55,861 nucleotides of DNA, taken from contig JWZX01002659.1 of NCBI GenBank assembly GCA_001275005.1, positions 1-55,861 of the forward strand, in the 5' to 3' direction. How positions within the stretch are numbered: position 1 is the stretch's first letter; the number at the start of each line of letters is the position of its first letter. This DNA is from Chrysochromulina tobinii (Eukaryota). This document shows, in pieces, positions 1 through 10,915 of this stretch. The notes beneath the pieces were generated by a model. That model worked only from the letters and a program-made list of their open reading frames with translations. It was not told the origin of the DNA and did no database searches. The translations under genes and the position numbers were made by a program.

Positions 1-1551
1 CAGGTCGAGCTGGGCGCGTTCGCGCGAGACAATTAAGTTATCGACCAGGCGGCGATAGCGACGACAGACGCATAGAAGAAGCAGAAATGACGTCAGAAAT
101 GCTGTCGTCAGGAATGGTATCAGAGGAGAGACTGGGGGCAGCCCTGGAGGCCCTAGTGGCCCTGGTGGCACTCGCGGCGAGTGCGAAGGCCGCGATGGAG
201 GGGATGGAGGTGGCGGCATGAGACGAGCTGCAAAGCAGGCTCCTGCGTCTCCACTTTTATTGAGTGTGTTCGAGCCGAATGATGCCTCGCCGCTGAAAGT
301 GCCTGACACGAGAAAACCATCAACGCCATCGCGGCCGTCCACAAGGGCGATGCCATAACCTGAGTCCCTCAGCTTGCCACCCGCCTGGATGGCCCAGTCG
401 ATGGCACCCGCCGCCGTCACGTGCATCACGAACGCGTCGGAACTGCCTCGGCTTGTGAGCGACGTCGAGCCGAACGATGCCTTGCCGCTGAAGTCGCCCG
501 TCACGAGAGCACCTCCGCTGCGGCCATCGTACGCGACGCCGGAGCCTCTAGTGTCGGCCGAGCCGCCCGCCTGGACGGCCCAGTCGATGGCGCCCGCCAC
601 CGTCACGTGCATCACGAAAATGTCGGCACTCGTGTCTCCGCGTGTGAGCACTGTCGAGCCAAACGATGCCTCGCCATAGAAGTAGCCAGTCACGAGAGCA
701 CCGCCGCCGCCATCATTCGCGATGCTTCGTGCATACGTCCAGTCCGTGCCGCCCGCCTGGACGGCCCAGTCGATGGCGCCCGCCTTCGTCACGTGCATCA
801 CGAATGCGTCGTCAACGCTTCGGCTTGTGAGCGACGTCGAGCCGAACGAGGCCTCGCCGCTAAAGTAGCCAGTCACGAGAGCACCGCCGCCGCCATCATT
901 CGCGATGCCGCGTGCATACGTCCTGTCCGTGCCGCCCGCCTGGGCGGCCCAGTCGATGGAGCCCGACGCCGTCAGGCGCATCACGAACGCGTCGTAAATG
1001 CCTCGGCTTGTGAGCGACGTCGAGCCGAACGAGGCCTCGCCGCTAAAGTCGCCCGTCACAAGAGCACCTCCACTGCCGCCATCGTATGCGACGCTTGAGC
1101 CTCTAGTGTCGAACGTGCCGCCCGCCTGGACAGCCCAGTCGATGGCACCCGACGCTGTCACGTGCATCACGAACGCATCGACACTGCCTCGGCTTGTGAG
1201 CGACGTCGAGCCGAACGATGCCTTGCCGCTGAAGTCGCCCGTTACGAGAGCACCTCCACTGCCGCCATCATACGCAACGTCGAAGCCTCTAGTGTCGGCC
1301 GTGCCGCCCGCCTGGACGGCCCAGTCGACGACGCCCGCCGCCGTCACGTGCATTACAAAAGCGTCGGCACTCGTGTCTCCGTCTCCGCTTGTGAGCACTG
1401 TCGAGCCAAACGATGCCACGCCATAGAAGAAGCCCGTCACAAGAGCACCGCCGCCGCCATCATTCGCGATGCCGCGGCCATACGTCGTGGCCTTGCCACC
1501 CGCCTGGACGGCCCAGTCTGGGTGGCTAATCGGGGTTCCCGACATAATCAT
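1..1551 (-). CDS. Seven-bladed beta-propeller (SBBP-like repeat) single-pass membrane protein; 3' end runs off the window
   Basis: Reading the minus strand from ATG at 1551 gives MIMSGTPISHPDWAVQAGGK, seven 'FVMHVTAAGAIDWAVQAGG' blades, a Pro linker and a TM helix. Bases 1-~370 are a near-identical reverse complement of ~13490-13858, and the frame matches the paralog at base 1. It is absent from the ORF track because its stop lies outside the window. Confidence 0.8.
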   Translation of the reverse strand, partial: MIMSGTPISHPDWAVQAGGKATTYGRGIANDGGGGALVTGFFYGVASFGSTVLTSGDGDTSADAFVMHVTAAGVVDWAVQAGGTADTRGFDVAYDGGSGGALVTGDFSGKASFGSTSLTSRGSVDAFVMHVTASGAIDWAVQAGGTFDTRGSSVAYDGGSGGALVTGDFSGEASFGSTSLTSRGIYDAFVMRLTASGSIDWAAQAGGTDRTYARGIANDGGGGALVTGYFSGEASFGSTSLTSRSVDDAFVMHVTKAGAIDWAVQAGGTDWTYARSIANDGGGGALVTGYFYGEASFGSTVLTRGDTSADIFVMHVTVAGAIDWAVQAGGSADTRGSGVAYDGRSGGALVTGDFSGKASFGSTSLTSRGSSDAFVMHVTAAGAIDWAIQAGGKLRDSGYGIALVDGRDGVDGFLVSGTFSGEASFGSNTLNKSGDAGACFAARLMPPPPSPPSRPSHSPRVPPGPLGPPGLPPVSPLIPFLTTAFLTSFLLLLCVCRRYRRLVDNLIVSRERAQLDL

Positions 1552-2332
1552 AGTTCCCTGCTGGGCGTAGTGCAAGATCGTCAACTTGCATACGCGGCGG
1601 TCTTCGGGTTTTGCGAAAGTGCGTGTGAGTGAACGAGGAAGCCTGTGCTTGTGCAGTTTGTTATCAGGCGAACCACAGGCGAGCTTCACTGTGAGTCTTC
1701 ATTTGCATGCATGTTTGATGCGGAGACGAAGCCTTTTTTATAATCTTTGATGCGCGTAGTTCGAATTGCACCACCACCAGAGGACGGACAGGCGAAATGG
1801 AGTAAACTTCGGAAAACGATGAGGGACACGTCACACCGACGAAGTCACGAGGAGTTACTTAATCCTCCACCAACTTGATTTGTTGATAATTGTGCCTCTT
1901 GCCACACCCCACTTTTCTGCTTCGGCACGGCCGGCCACCCGGCCCAGCCTGTCTCGGGGAGCCGGACTGCCGGAGAGCAGCGTTCACACCCATCCCCCGT
2001 CAAGTCATAACGGGTTCGTCAACACTGTGTAGTCTGTAGGGTCCCCACACTGAAACTTGCGCTTGAGTGTGAGAGCGGTCTTATATTCGATTGCGATTCA
2101 CGGCTCGACACGCGTAACTCGTGGCGCCGCACGGCGTGAGGTCCCCTGCGTCCCATGCAGCTTGGAGCTTTGCTGGACGAGTTTGGCGACTCACAGCCCA
2201 TGCGTCACAACCACACGCACAGGGCTCAGGGGTCCCACGCACACAACTCGTCACCGCCACCCTCCGCACACTGCGCAGCACAACCACACTCTGAGAGACT
2301 CTTCCGCTTTTCACCCGGCTTGTATACCTTGC

Positions 2333-3058
2333 TCATTCGACGGGTGCACCGCCTCTAGTCCGTCGTCGCTCCGATCCAGGCCATGTCGCCATCTTGCGTC
2401 CGATGAAGAGCGCCGAGCCGAGAACGTAAATCGCATACACCACCCTGAGCGCGGCGGGCCGTGGGATGCGCGGGGCGAGTTCTGCCCCGGCGGCCATCCA
2501 GGCGCACGCCGTCGTTGCACCCAGCGTGCTGCCAACTATAACCTGCGCCCATGTATGGTATCCTGCTGCCACTCGGAGCAACGCAATCACGGCAGCAGAG
2601 AGCAGCAGCCAAAATGTGGCCAGTGGTGCACGCAGATGCACAGCCCAGCCAACGGCAGCAAATGTACCCACGAGCGCATGCGACGATGGCATGCCCGGAT
2701 CCGTAAACGGCGAGCCTGCAGGTCGTTGCTGCCCGATCAGTCTCTTGAGAGCTGCTGTGCCGAACGATGCAACGATGGATCCTATCACGATGTATGGGCT
2801 GACCAGATCGCGCCGCGTGATGACGGCGGTCGTCTGGGCGGCGACGACAAGCCACTTTGTGGCTGCATTCAGGGCAAACACCGGCGCAGGCACGTGTTGA
2901 GATTGTGTCTCATCTCCAACCGACGATTGCGTCGGTGCGGAAAAGCGTGTGGCGCCGGGTGCTCCTATCAGCGGTGGAGTAGGCGCGCAGATTCTCGTCG
3001 TGATGGGCACGAAGGCCGCCGAGGTTAGGCCGACAATCCAGATTGCCACGAGGGCCAT
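2333..3058 (-). CDS. PAP2-family lipid phosphate phosphatase (LPP-epsilon / dolichyl-diphosphatase-like), probably plastid-targeted
   Basis: All three PAP2 motifs are present: KRLIGQQRP, GMPSSH, RVAAGYHTWAQV. Likely start is MALVAIWIVGLTSAAFVP at 3058 (signal peptide followed by F). Confidence 0.85.
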   Translation of the reverse strand: MALVAIWIVGLTSAAFVPITTRICAPTPPLIGAPGATRFSAPTQSSVGDETQSQHVPAPVFALNAATKWLVVAAQTTAVITRRDLVSPYIVIGSIVASFGTAALKRLIGQQRPAGSPFTDPGMPSSHALVGTFAAVGWAVHLRAPLATFWLLLSAAVIALLRVAAGYHTWAQVIVGSTLGATTACAWMAAGAELAPRIPRPAALRVVYAIYVLGSALFIGRKMATWPGSERRRTRGGAPVE

Positions 3059-3585
3059 CTGCCACACGAGAGCTTTCTGGTCGACGGGACTCCCTCCAAC
3101 ATCAGTCCTCCCGAATCTGCCGAGCGTGAAACAGGTGTGGGGAAGGTCCCGATGTCGTTTTGATGACAGGGCACGCCGCAAGCGGCCGAGAAGTTAAACG
3201 GGGTGCGCCCAAGCAGACGGGGGTGCGCCAAAGCGCCAGATACCCAGAAGATGTGGCAGCGGGGGTGAGGCTGGATCTGGCAGGGGGCGCTGGGTGTGGG
3301 AGGTCGAGGTGCGTGGCCATGGGGTCGGCACGGCGAGATCGTGCGCCATGATGAGCGGGGGCCCATACTAGAACAGCAGCAGCACGCGATAGTGGCTCCC
3401 GGTGCGTGGGGCACCCGAAGAGAGTCAACCCGACCATGCTGAGTTGTTGAGCTCGCGTGTGCTTCGAGCTGAGAGTGCATTCTGCGCACGTTCGTGGACG
3501 AATCGTACTTACGTCTTACCATGTTAACGGATGAGCTCCCAAATTAGCGAGGTGTGAAATTGAGGTGTGAGATCTCCCCCGAGTG

Positions 3586-4630
3586 ATGCTGCTGCAGACC
3601 TTCTTGCTCGCGGCGAGCTTCACTGTGCATCCGCAAGTGATTCCACTCCCGTCCACGTCCTTCGCTGCCGCATCGCGCCGTACGTCAGCCGCGTGTGTCG
3701 CTGCGGCTCAAGGAGACCTTTCGTCGCTCGGCCTGACGCCATACCTGGAGAAGACTGTCAAGGCGCTGAAGATGGTGCCAGACCAAAAGCTGCGATATCA
3801 GCAACTGGTGAGCGTGACGCGCGCTTTTGTGCGGCACACCCATCATGTATGCATCAGCCCCACGGCCACTCGCTCACATCCGCTCACGTGCGCGCGCCGC
3901 GCCGCAGCTCTTCCTTGCCAAGAAGCTGCCGCCGATGGATAAGGCACTAATGGTCGAGACGAACAAGGTTCCGGGCTGCCTCTCGACGGTGCACGTGCAC
4001 GCGACACTCGACGCTGAGGGCAAGGTGCGCTTCGTGGGCGAGTCTGACGCACAGCTCACCAAGGGTCTGGTGGCGCTTCTCGTGATGGGTCTCGATGGGT
4101 GTACCAGCGATCAGATCCAACGAGTGCAGCCCGAGTTCATCAAATTCTCGGGCCTGGAGCAGTCGCTCACGCCGGGGCGCAACAACGGCTTCCTCAACAT
4201 GCTGAGCATGATGAAACGCAAGGCGGCCGCTCTGTCCACCTCGAGCACGCCGCCGCCGCCGCCACCACCACCACCGTCGCCATCGCCACCGCCGGCTTCA
4301 GCGGCGGGCGCATCGCGTAGCGGCGCGCCGACGATGCAAGCTGGTGGCTCAGGCTTGGGCCCGGTCGGCACGCGCATCGAGGAGAGCTTGCGTGCCGCCT
4401 TCAACCCGAGCTTCCTGCAACTGGAGGACGAGTCGAGTCAGCATGCGGGCCATGCGGGAGCGCGTGGTCTCGGAGGGGAGAGCCACTTTGCGCTGCGCAT
4501 CGAGAGCCCGGCGTTCGAGGGGATGCGCAGCCTGAAGCGGCACCAGGCCGTGTACGCCGCCCTCAGCGAGGAGATGAAGCTCATCCACGCCCTCTCCATC
4601 AAGGCTGTCACGCCCGATGAAGCGGCTTAG
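3586..4630 (+). CDS. sufE: Plastid SufE-BolA fusion (SUFE1-like Fe-S assembly protein), 2 exons
   Basis: Exon 1 (3586-3807) joins exon 2 (3908-4630) across a GT-AG intron at 3808-3907, giving QKLRYQQL|LFLAKKLP. SufE motifs NKVPGCLSTV and LTPGRNNGFLNM; BolA motif HAGH..GESHF..HQAVY..IHALSI; leader MLLQTFLLAASF. Confidence 0.92.
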
Positions 4631-5202
4631 CTTAGAGAGCGGCGGCTCAGCGGAGCGCGCATGCCCGTCGCTGGGTGTGCGCAACCACCACATTTGCAGC
4701 AACGTACCCTGGAGCGGAGCGCCGAGAGCGTGTTGTCTGTTGAGTAACCCTCCCTCCAAAACTCGCCTGCCTCGAGGTAGATTCCAGATATAGAAATAGA
4801 TGTGTGTGGAGTCCTTGCGCGCCGGCGAGCAGGTGCGGAGGTGGACCGTCGACGCGCGGGCCGGCGCGAGACCCGGTGATTCACGTTTTAGGACGTATAT
4901 ATATACGAGGTCGCGCACGACTTGCCTTGTGGCTTGGCTTGGCTTGAAGTTCGCGATAACTTGCCGGTTTACAGCCGGGATAGAGACGGCCTGAGCGCGG
5001 GCGATAGCCGCGATACGTCTCGGAACCAGCCGAGCGCGATCAGCGTTGTACGTCTCGCTCGTCTTTTATATTTGCGAACGTAACCGGAATACTATTACTA
5101 CATCTACAACTCTAAACGTATCTGAGCGCCGGGCGCGGGGACTATCGACTATCCCACAAGCCACTGACAAGCCACACGACAGATCTGCCCCGTTCCGAGT
5201 CG

Positions 5203-8200
5203 TCAGCGCAGCGTGGCAGCTCGGCACGAGTAGCTCTGGACGGGCGAGCCTTCCGAGCCGAGGATGAGCGAGCACGAGGAGTTCAGGCCCGCGTCGGCCG
5301 CAAGGCGTGCGGCGAGAGGTGCACTCGTCTGCATCTCGAGGCTCACGAGATTGAGGAGCTCGATGCTCGAGCTTGCGCCGCCCGCGGCTGGTAGACCCCC
5401 AAAGATGAGCAGATCCGTGCCGAAGAGCGTGGCGGTGTGGGCGAAGCGCGCCGTGGCGGGCGTGTTGCCCGTCGTGTGCAGCTGCCACCACACGGGCGGC
5501 GCATGCGAGAGGTCGAGAAGGTGAGCGTCCGCCAACGCCCCTTGCTCATCGTAACCGCCGTACACGAGCAGCCGCTGGCCATCGGGCGTGACGGTTGCAG
5601 TGTGGCTTGCCCGCGGGCGCGGCGGCGATCCGCTCACGACGAGCCGTTGCCAACTCCACGTGGCGTTCACACGCTGGAGCAGGTGGACGTCGTTGAGGAA
5701 GATGCTGTGCCCTTCCTGCGTGGTCGTGTTCCACAGCCAGCTCGCCCCAAACATAACGAGCAGCGCCACGTCACCGTCCTCCTCGGGCTGTGCGGCCACT
5801 CCCGCCTCCGCCTCCACCGCCGCCGCCTCGGCCGTGCTCTGGCCCTCAACGGCGCCGTGACGGGCGCCCTCTGCATCGGCCTCAAAGCGCCCGTCGGCCT
5901 CGGCGCCGTCGCCTCCGACGCCGAGCAGGTGCGGGCTCACGCGCGTCATCGAATGCCCGCGACGCGGCAGGGGCGCCACACCATCGAACACGGGGCGTTC
6001 CCACCTGAGGGAGTGCACTCAGCATACAATCAGTGCTCATCAAGGGAGATCGATGATCGAACCAAGGGAGTGCACTCAGCATGCAATCAGTGCTCATCAA
6101 GGGAGATCGATGATCGAACCGAGGGAGTGCACTCAGCATGCAATCAGTGCTCATCGAACACGGGGCGCTCCCACCTGCCGCGTGTCTCCCGGAGGCGCGC
6201 CGCCGCCTCCACCCCCTGCGCGTCCGCCGCCACGTCACCATCTGAGAGAGGTGTGGGCAGCTCCAGCTCACTAAGCCGTGGTCCGCAGTCCGAGCAGTCG
6301 GTGCCTCGGGAGCACTTCGAGTACTCTGAGCCCGGCCCGCCGTCGTCGCACGCGCCGTCGGACGCCCACGGGGACGCGCCGTCGGAGGCGCTGATGCACG
6401 AGTCGAGGCACGCTACCTGATGAAGGAGGCAATCAGAGTCGAGGCACGTCACCTGATGGAGGAGGCAATCAGAGTCGAGGCACGCTACCTGATGAAGGAG
6501 GCAATCAGAGTCGAGGCACGCTACCTGCGGCTGCGCTCGCTCCAGCCGCAGCAGCTGCAGATCATTGAGGAATTCACTGCACGGCAGAGCCTGCTTGCAA
6601 GCGCGCTGCCGCCAGCCTCCAAAGACGACAAGGGAGGAGGGGCTCACGGCTGCGGCCGTGTGTCCAGCACGCGCCGCTAGGCGCATGCCAACGCCTCCGG
6701 CCACGCCGAGCCCTGGCTCGAGTCGGAGCCACGCGTGACTCGCGGGCTCGAAGACGTACCTGATGGAGGAGGCAATCAGAGGCGCTCGGATGGCATTCAG
6801 AGACACTAAGGAGGCCATCAGGGAGGCCATCAGAGAGGCCATCAGAGAGGCCATCAGAGGTCAGCAGAGGTCATCAGACTTACGCATCGCTGAGCTCCTC
6901 TCGCCTCTGCACGTGGACATCGGAGCCAAGGTGCTGCGCTTCGTCAACATAGTCGAGGTCGTCGCGGATCGGGCGGATCGCATCTCCCTGCGCCACGTGC
7001 GAGAAGCTCATCTCCTCATCGAGATGAAACGTCGTCTTGGGCGCCTCCGTGACCCATACCGGATCCTCCTGCCAGCGCTCGCCGAGCTCGCCCCCATCCG
7101 CTGGCTCACTGCCGAGCTCCGGCGGCACCCCCTCGACTGCATCGAAGCCTCTCCACATCGTCGCTGCAGGGTCCATGGCGGACGGCATCGTCACGTCGCC
7201 CGCCGTGCTGCGCGCGCGGGGCGTGAGCGGCACCGTCGTCGTCTGCGCGCCGCGCACGCGGAAGCGTTCGCCCAACTGGTACTCTATGTATGACTCGGCC
7301 TCACCCCCAACTAGGACCAGACGGTCGCCTACTGCTGTGAGCGTGTGGCCGCAGCGCGCGCGTGGCGCCTCGCCGGGCGTGAGTGTGAACGTCGTGTTGG
7401 AGCCACCGAGGCTGCTGCCGCTGCCAGCGCTGAGGAGACCGGCGCCCATCTCGGCGCCCATCGGCCCAGCGGCCCTCCCCGGCGACGCAGTCGCATGCTC
7501 CAACGTGACATATCGCACCTCATTCCAAGCGAGCGAGGGCGCGCTGAGCGAGGCATAGAAGTGGCCCACTTGGTCGGCTCGTAGCTCGTGCATGTCGTTG
7601 CGAAGGACGTTCGGGACCTCATGGTCGCCCAGGTCAAGCGTTCCGTCCCGGCGGGTGCCACCGCGCCCTGAACGCGGCGTCGAGCGCCACCGCACCGAGC
7701 TCAGCGTGCGCACGTCCCCAGTACCCCCGAAGACCCACAGAGACCGACCGAGGCGCGCCACCGCGTGTTCCCTGCGCGTGGGCGGCGCGATGCCGCCCAC
7801 GAGCGGCCGGTGCCAGCTGTCGTAGTACTCAAACGAGATCTCGTCGCGCGAAAAGTCGTGCCCGTTCAGGCTGACGGTGACGTAATGGGCGCCTATGGCC
7901 GAGGTGGCGGGCGACTTGCAACGCAGGGCGCCGCCGTGAAGCACGCTCGCGGGTGTCGTCACGTGCCGAGGCTGGTGGGTGCGCAGCGGCGCGTCCGCCA
8001 GTGCCGCGCCGGTGGGCTGCAATATCCCATCGCCCGACGGCGGCGTGAGCTCATGGCTGCCGAAGCGGCACAGCGCCATGTTGGCGTCGTCGAGATCCGC
8101 GTATGGGCCAAAGCCGGCGCCGGTGACGAGGACGATATCGCCACCGGCGATCGCGCCGCGCCGCGGCTGCAGCCCTCGCACGCGTGGAGGGTCGTAGTAG

Positions 8201-8583
8201 CGATAGCTCAAGTTGCCACTCACCCAAGAGGTGCCTGCATCGCGAGTGAACCGCACTGCAACGACGTCGGCGACCGGCGTGGCTGGAGTGGTGCACTGCA
8301 GCGCTCCATTCGTCTCGATGCGTGCGGGCACCGTTATGCCCGCAAAATCACACCCCAGCATATGGTGGTGCGCAAGCGCCGCAAGCCCCGCACCAAACAG
8401 CCGCACCTCCGTTCCGCCTTCGGCGGGTCCACCTGGTGGCGCCAGCATCGAGAGTGTGAGCGACGCCGGATACAGCGACGCTAGCGCTGGCATTTGAGAC
8501 GTGCTGCCAACCGAGCATGAGCCACCGTTGGCACATGTTGCCGTCGTGAGCTGGTCAGCTCCGCGTGGGACGGGCCGCCGCAT
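5203..8583 (-). CDS. IPT/TIG + Kelch-repeat protein with a Cys-rich module, 4 exons
   Basis: Two IPT-like units (GPAEGGTEVRLFG; GAIAGGDIVLVTGAGF..VSLNG) and many Kelch blades (RxxHT...FGG). Three minus-strand ORFs join in frame across GT-AG introns 6760-6883, 6417-6524 and 6005-6174. Start codon is uncertain. Confidence 0.8.
6005..6174 (-). other. Spliceosomal intron containing three copies of a 57-nt unit
   Basis: AG|GTGGGA...CCCTCAG|G. Removal restores RGR-WERPVFDG. Units start at 6007, 6064 and 6121. Confidence 0.85.
6417..6524 (-). other. In-frame intron made of 3 x 36-nt tandem units
   Basis: CAG|GTAGCG...CATCAG|GTAGCG. Each unit is the first 17 nt of the next exon plus TGATTGCCTCCTYCATCAG. 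Confidence 0.75.
6760..6883 (-). other. Intron with a 12-nt minisatellite
   Basis: GTAAGT donor, (GATGGCCTCTCT)n, ends CTGATTGCCTCCTCCATCAG. Removal gives ELSDA-YVFEP. Confidence 0.85.
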
Positions 8584-8762
8584 TGCGTGAGGGAGAGAGG
8601 GAGAGGAGGGAGTGTTTCCATTCTCCCCCAACACGGCGCTCGACAGATTTGACACGCCAAGTGTTACAAAAGCCTCGTCCCGCCTCCCGTCCTTGTAAAT
8701 TCATACTTGGAACCCCATCAAAGCTGATTTCGGCGGACCCCGGAGAAACCCCAAGAAGTTTC

Positions 8763-9389
8763 ATGGTGTTCTCCGCCGGTCGAATGGCAAGATTGGCGTC
8801 ACAAGCGTCGCCCACGGGCTTTGCGATGGCCGTCGGCTTTACAAAGATGTCAAGCGCCGATCTGTTCGCCCAGGCTATTGAGGGACGAAATGAGGTCAAT
8901 TGGAAGCGGACGTGGGCCTTTGCTGCTTTTGGCTTGGTGGTGAATGGCTTGGTGCAGCATAACCTCTTTACCCGGTTGATGCCGCGCTTATTTCCGTCCG
9001 CACACGCCTTTGGTGGCGAGCCATTACAAGCGAAGCTGCGCAATCCCATCGGGCTCTTGCACTGTGTCTGGATGACGATCGTGTATGAGGTCACCGTCAC
9101 TCCTTTCATGATCTTCCCAGCTTTCTACTTAGTCAAGGAGTGCATCCAGGGCGACGGCGATGCGTGCCGTGCGCTACGCGCGGCTCGAAACAATGCGATG
9201 GAAGACAACATCCAGAGCATGTGCATCTTCGTGCCATGCAATCTCGTGAATTTCAGCATCGTGCCACCTCAGCTGCGGGCTCCATTCGCCACCATGGCCG
9301 GCGCCGTCTGGGCAGTTCTGCTTAGCCTCGCACGCGGTGCTGGCACGCCTCAGCGTCCTAGCCAACAGGCAGCAGCCTCCCTGTGCTAG
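8763..9389 (+). CDS. Mpv17/PMP22 family membrane protein
   Basis: ADLFAQ..NWKRTWAFAAFG and P.NLVNFSIVPPQLRAPF..W..LLS match the family pattern. Confidence 0.85.
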   Translation: MVFSAGRMARLASQASPTGFAMAVGFTKMSSADLFAQAIEGRNEVNWKRTWAFAAFGLVVNGLVQHNLFTRLMPRLFPSAHAFGGEPLQAKLRNPIGLLHCVWMTIVYEVTVTPFMIFPAFYLVKECIQGDGDACRALRAARNNAMEDNIQSMCIFVPCNLVNFSIVPPQLRAPFATMAGAVWAVLLSLARGAGTPQRPSQQAAASLC

Positions 9390-9604
9390 GCCGGGGCCGA
9401 GCAACATCCTGGCATGGTCGCGTTCTTTATCATGCACATGGAGCGCTTTTGAGTACTACTCGAGGCACGTCTGGACCCAAGCCAGCGACCCAAGCCAGCC
9501 GTGGTTGGGCAGCGCCGCCTAGTTTGTGAAGATGCTGGGCACACAGCGTGCATGTGCCGAGCGAGCGCGCTGCCACCCGAGCAAGCTGTCCGTGCGAGAG
9601 GTGT

Positions 9605-10590
9605 ATGGCCAGCGCTATCATATTTGACGCCTTCACGATGGGTGGAGCAGTGGGGCTGGTGCCGCAGCCGGCAGCGGACGAGGCAGCCGTCTTTGCCGCC
9701 CTTGCAAAGGCAGCCGATCATCTCCCTCTCGTCTCAGAGCTCCTCGTCGTACCGCCCCCCAGTGCACTAGACGGAAGCACGCCCCTGCGCGTGCTCGTCC
9801 GCCGTGACCCGAGCGCACCTGGCACGAGCCGACGACTCCTGTGACGAATCCTGACTGCCACGTGGCGCTCGGCATTTTGGCCGTTGCCCTCGTTGCCCTG
9901 TGTATGAGACATTGGCTGGCGAGGGCGGAGCGGCGCCATCGGTCGAGGCGCTTGAAGGGCGACCCCAAGCACATGCGGCTCGGCCAGCTAGTACCCGATC
10001 TTGATCCCGATCTCGATGGCACTTCGAACCTGACGTCCTCGAGGACGCCCTCGATGACGATGACTTCCTCGCGCAGCTGACCAAGGACCCCTCCTCGGCG
10101 AATCTTCCTCATCTCCTCGTATTCTTGCCGCCTTGCGCGACGAGCGCAGGAAGGCGCCAAGCTGCCTCGATTTGATGGCAAGTCGATCTGATCCGATCTC
10201 GATCTCGATCTGATCCGATCTCGATTTGATGCCAAGTCGCGAAAGATTGACAGTACTCCGCCCGATTTCACCCCTGCCGCCCCAAAGGCCAAGGTGGCGC
10301 CGGCGCCCGTGCCTGCGGTGGCAGCGGCAGGCGGCGTGCAGGTCGGTGGGCTGGCACTTCGCCTGATCCTGGACGACGGGCGACCCGAGATGGTGTTGCG
10401 TATCCAGGTGGGGGCGATCAGCTCGACCGACGCACTGCTGCAGGCGGCCTTCGATGCATGCGCGGAGGCAGTAGGCGCTGTGCTCGAGACGAGCTCGAAG
10501 CGCATCATCCTGCGCTACGTGTGCGCCGATGTCGAGCGCAAGCTTAATACCAAGGTCACGTGGGAGGTGGGAGGAGCTCAAGGTAAGCTC
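9605..10590 (+). CDS. Possible fragmented or multi-exon hypothetical gene (or decayed gene)
   Basis: Protein-like segments occur in three frames (TM GILAVALVALCM; LEDALDDDDFLAQLTKDP; GLALRLILDDGRPEMVLRIQV). Candidate introns 10098-10149 (GC-AG) and 10182-10253 join the last segments, but the 5' joins are unresolved. Confidence 0.3.
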
Positions 10591-10915
10591 AAGGGGGCAG
10601 AAGGGATCATCATAAAGGGGGCAGCCGCGAGGTGCAACGACGGTGAGCAAGCACTCGCTGCCGCTCCTCGATTGAGACCACTTTGTGGCAGTGGGGCCAT
10701 CAGCGTGGCTGCGTGGGCGTGCGAGACAGGCGATCAATGTCGGTTCGGGAGTATAACTGAGTATTGTTTCGTAATTCGAGAACGCGTCGGAGCGTCTCGC
10801 TTTGTACACGCGTCCCCGGTCCTGGACGAAAGATTTGTTTTCAGTTGCCGTTTCGTCAATACCATATTAGGCAAGGATTTGGATTTTCCGCCATGGCAAT
10901 CTGAGACCGAGCCAC

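Noticed and set aside
374..1632. Plus-strand ORFs (421-1098, 998-1426, 1162-1632)
   Set aside because: Antisense shadows of the minus-strand propeller gene.
3586..4630. SufE-BolA fusion as a novelty
   Set aside because: Established architecture of plastid SUFE1.
6005..6524. 36- and 57-nt repeats as a CRISPR array
   Set aside because: The units are contiguous with no unique spacers, lie inside GT-AG introns of a eukaryotic gene, and there are no cas genes.
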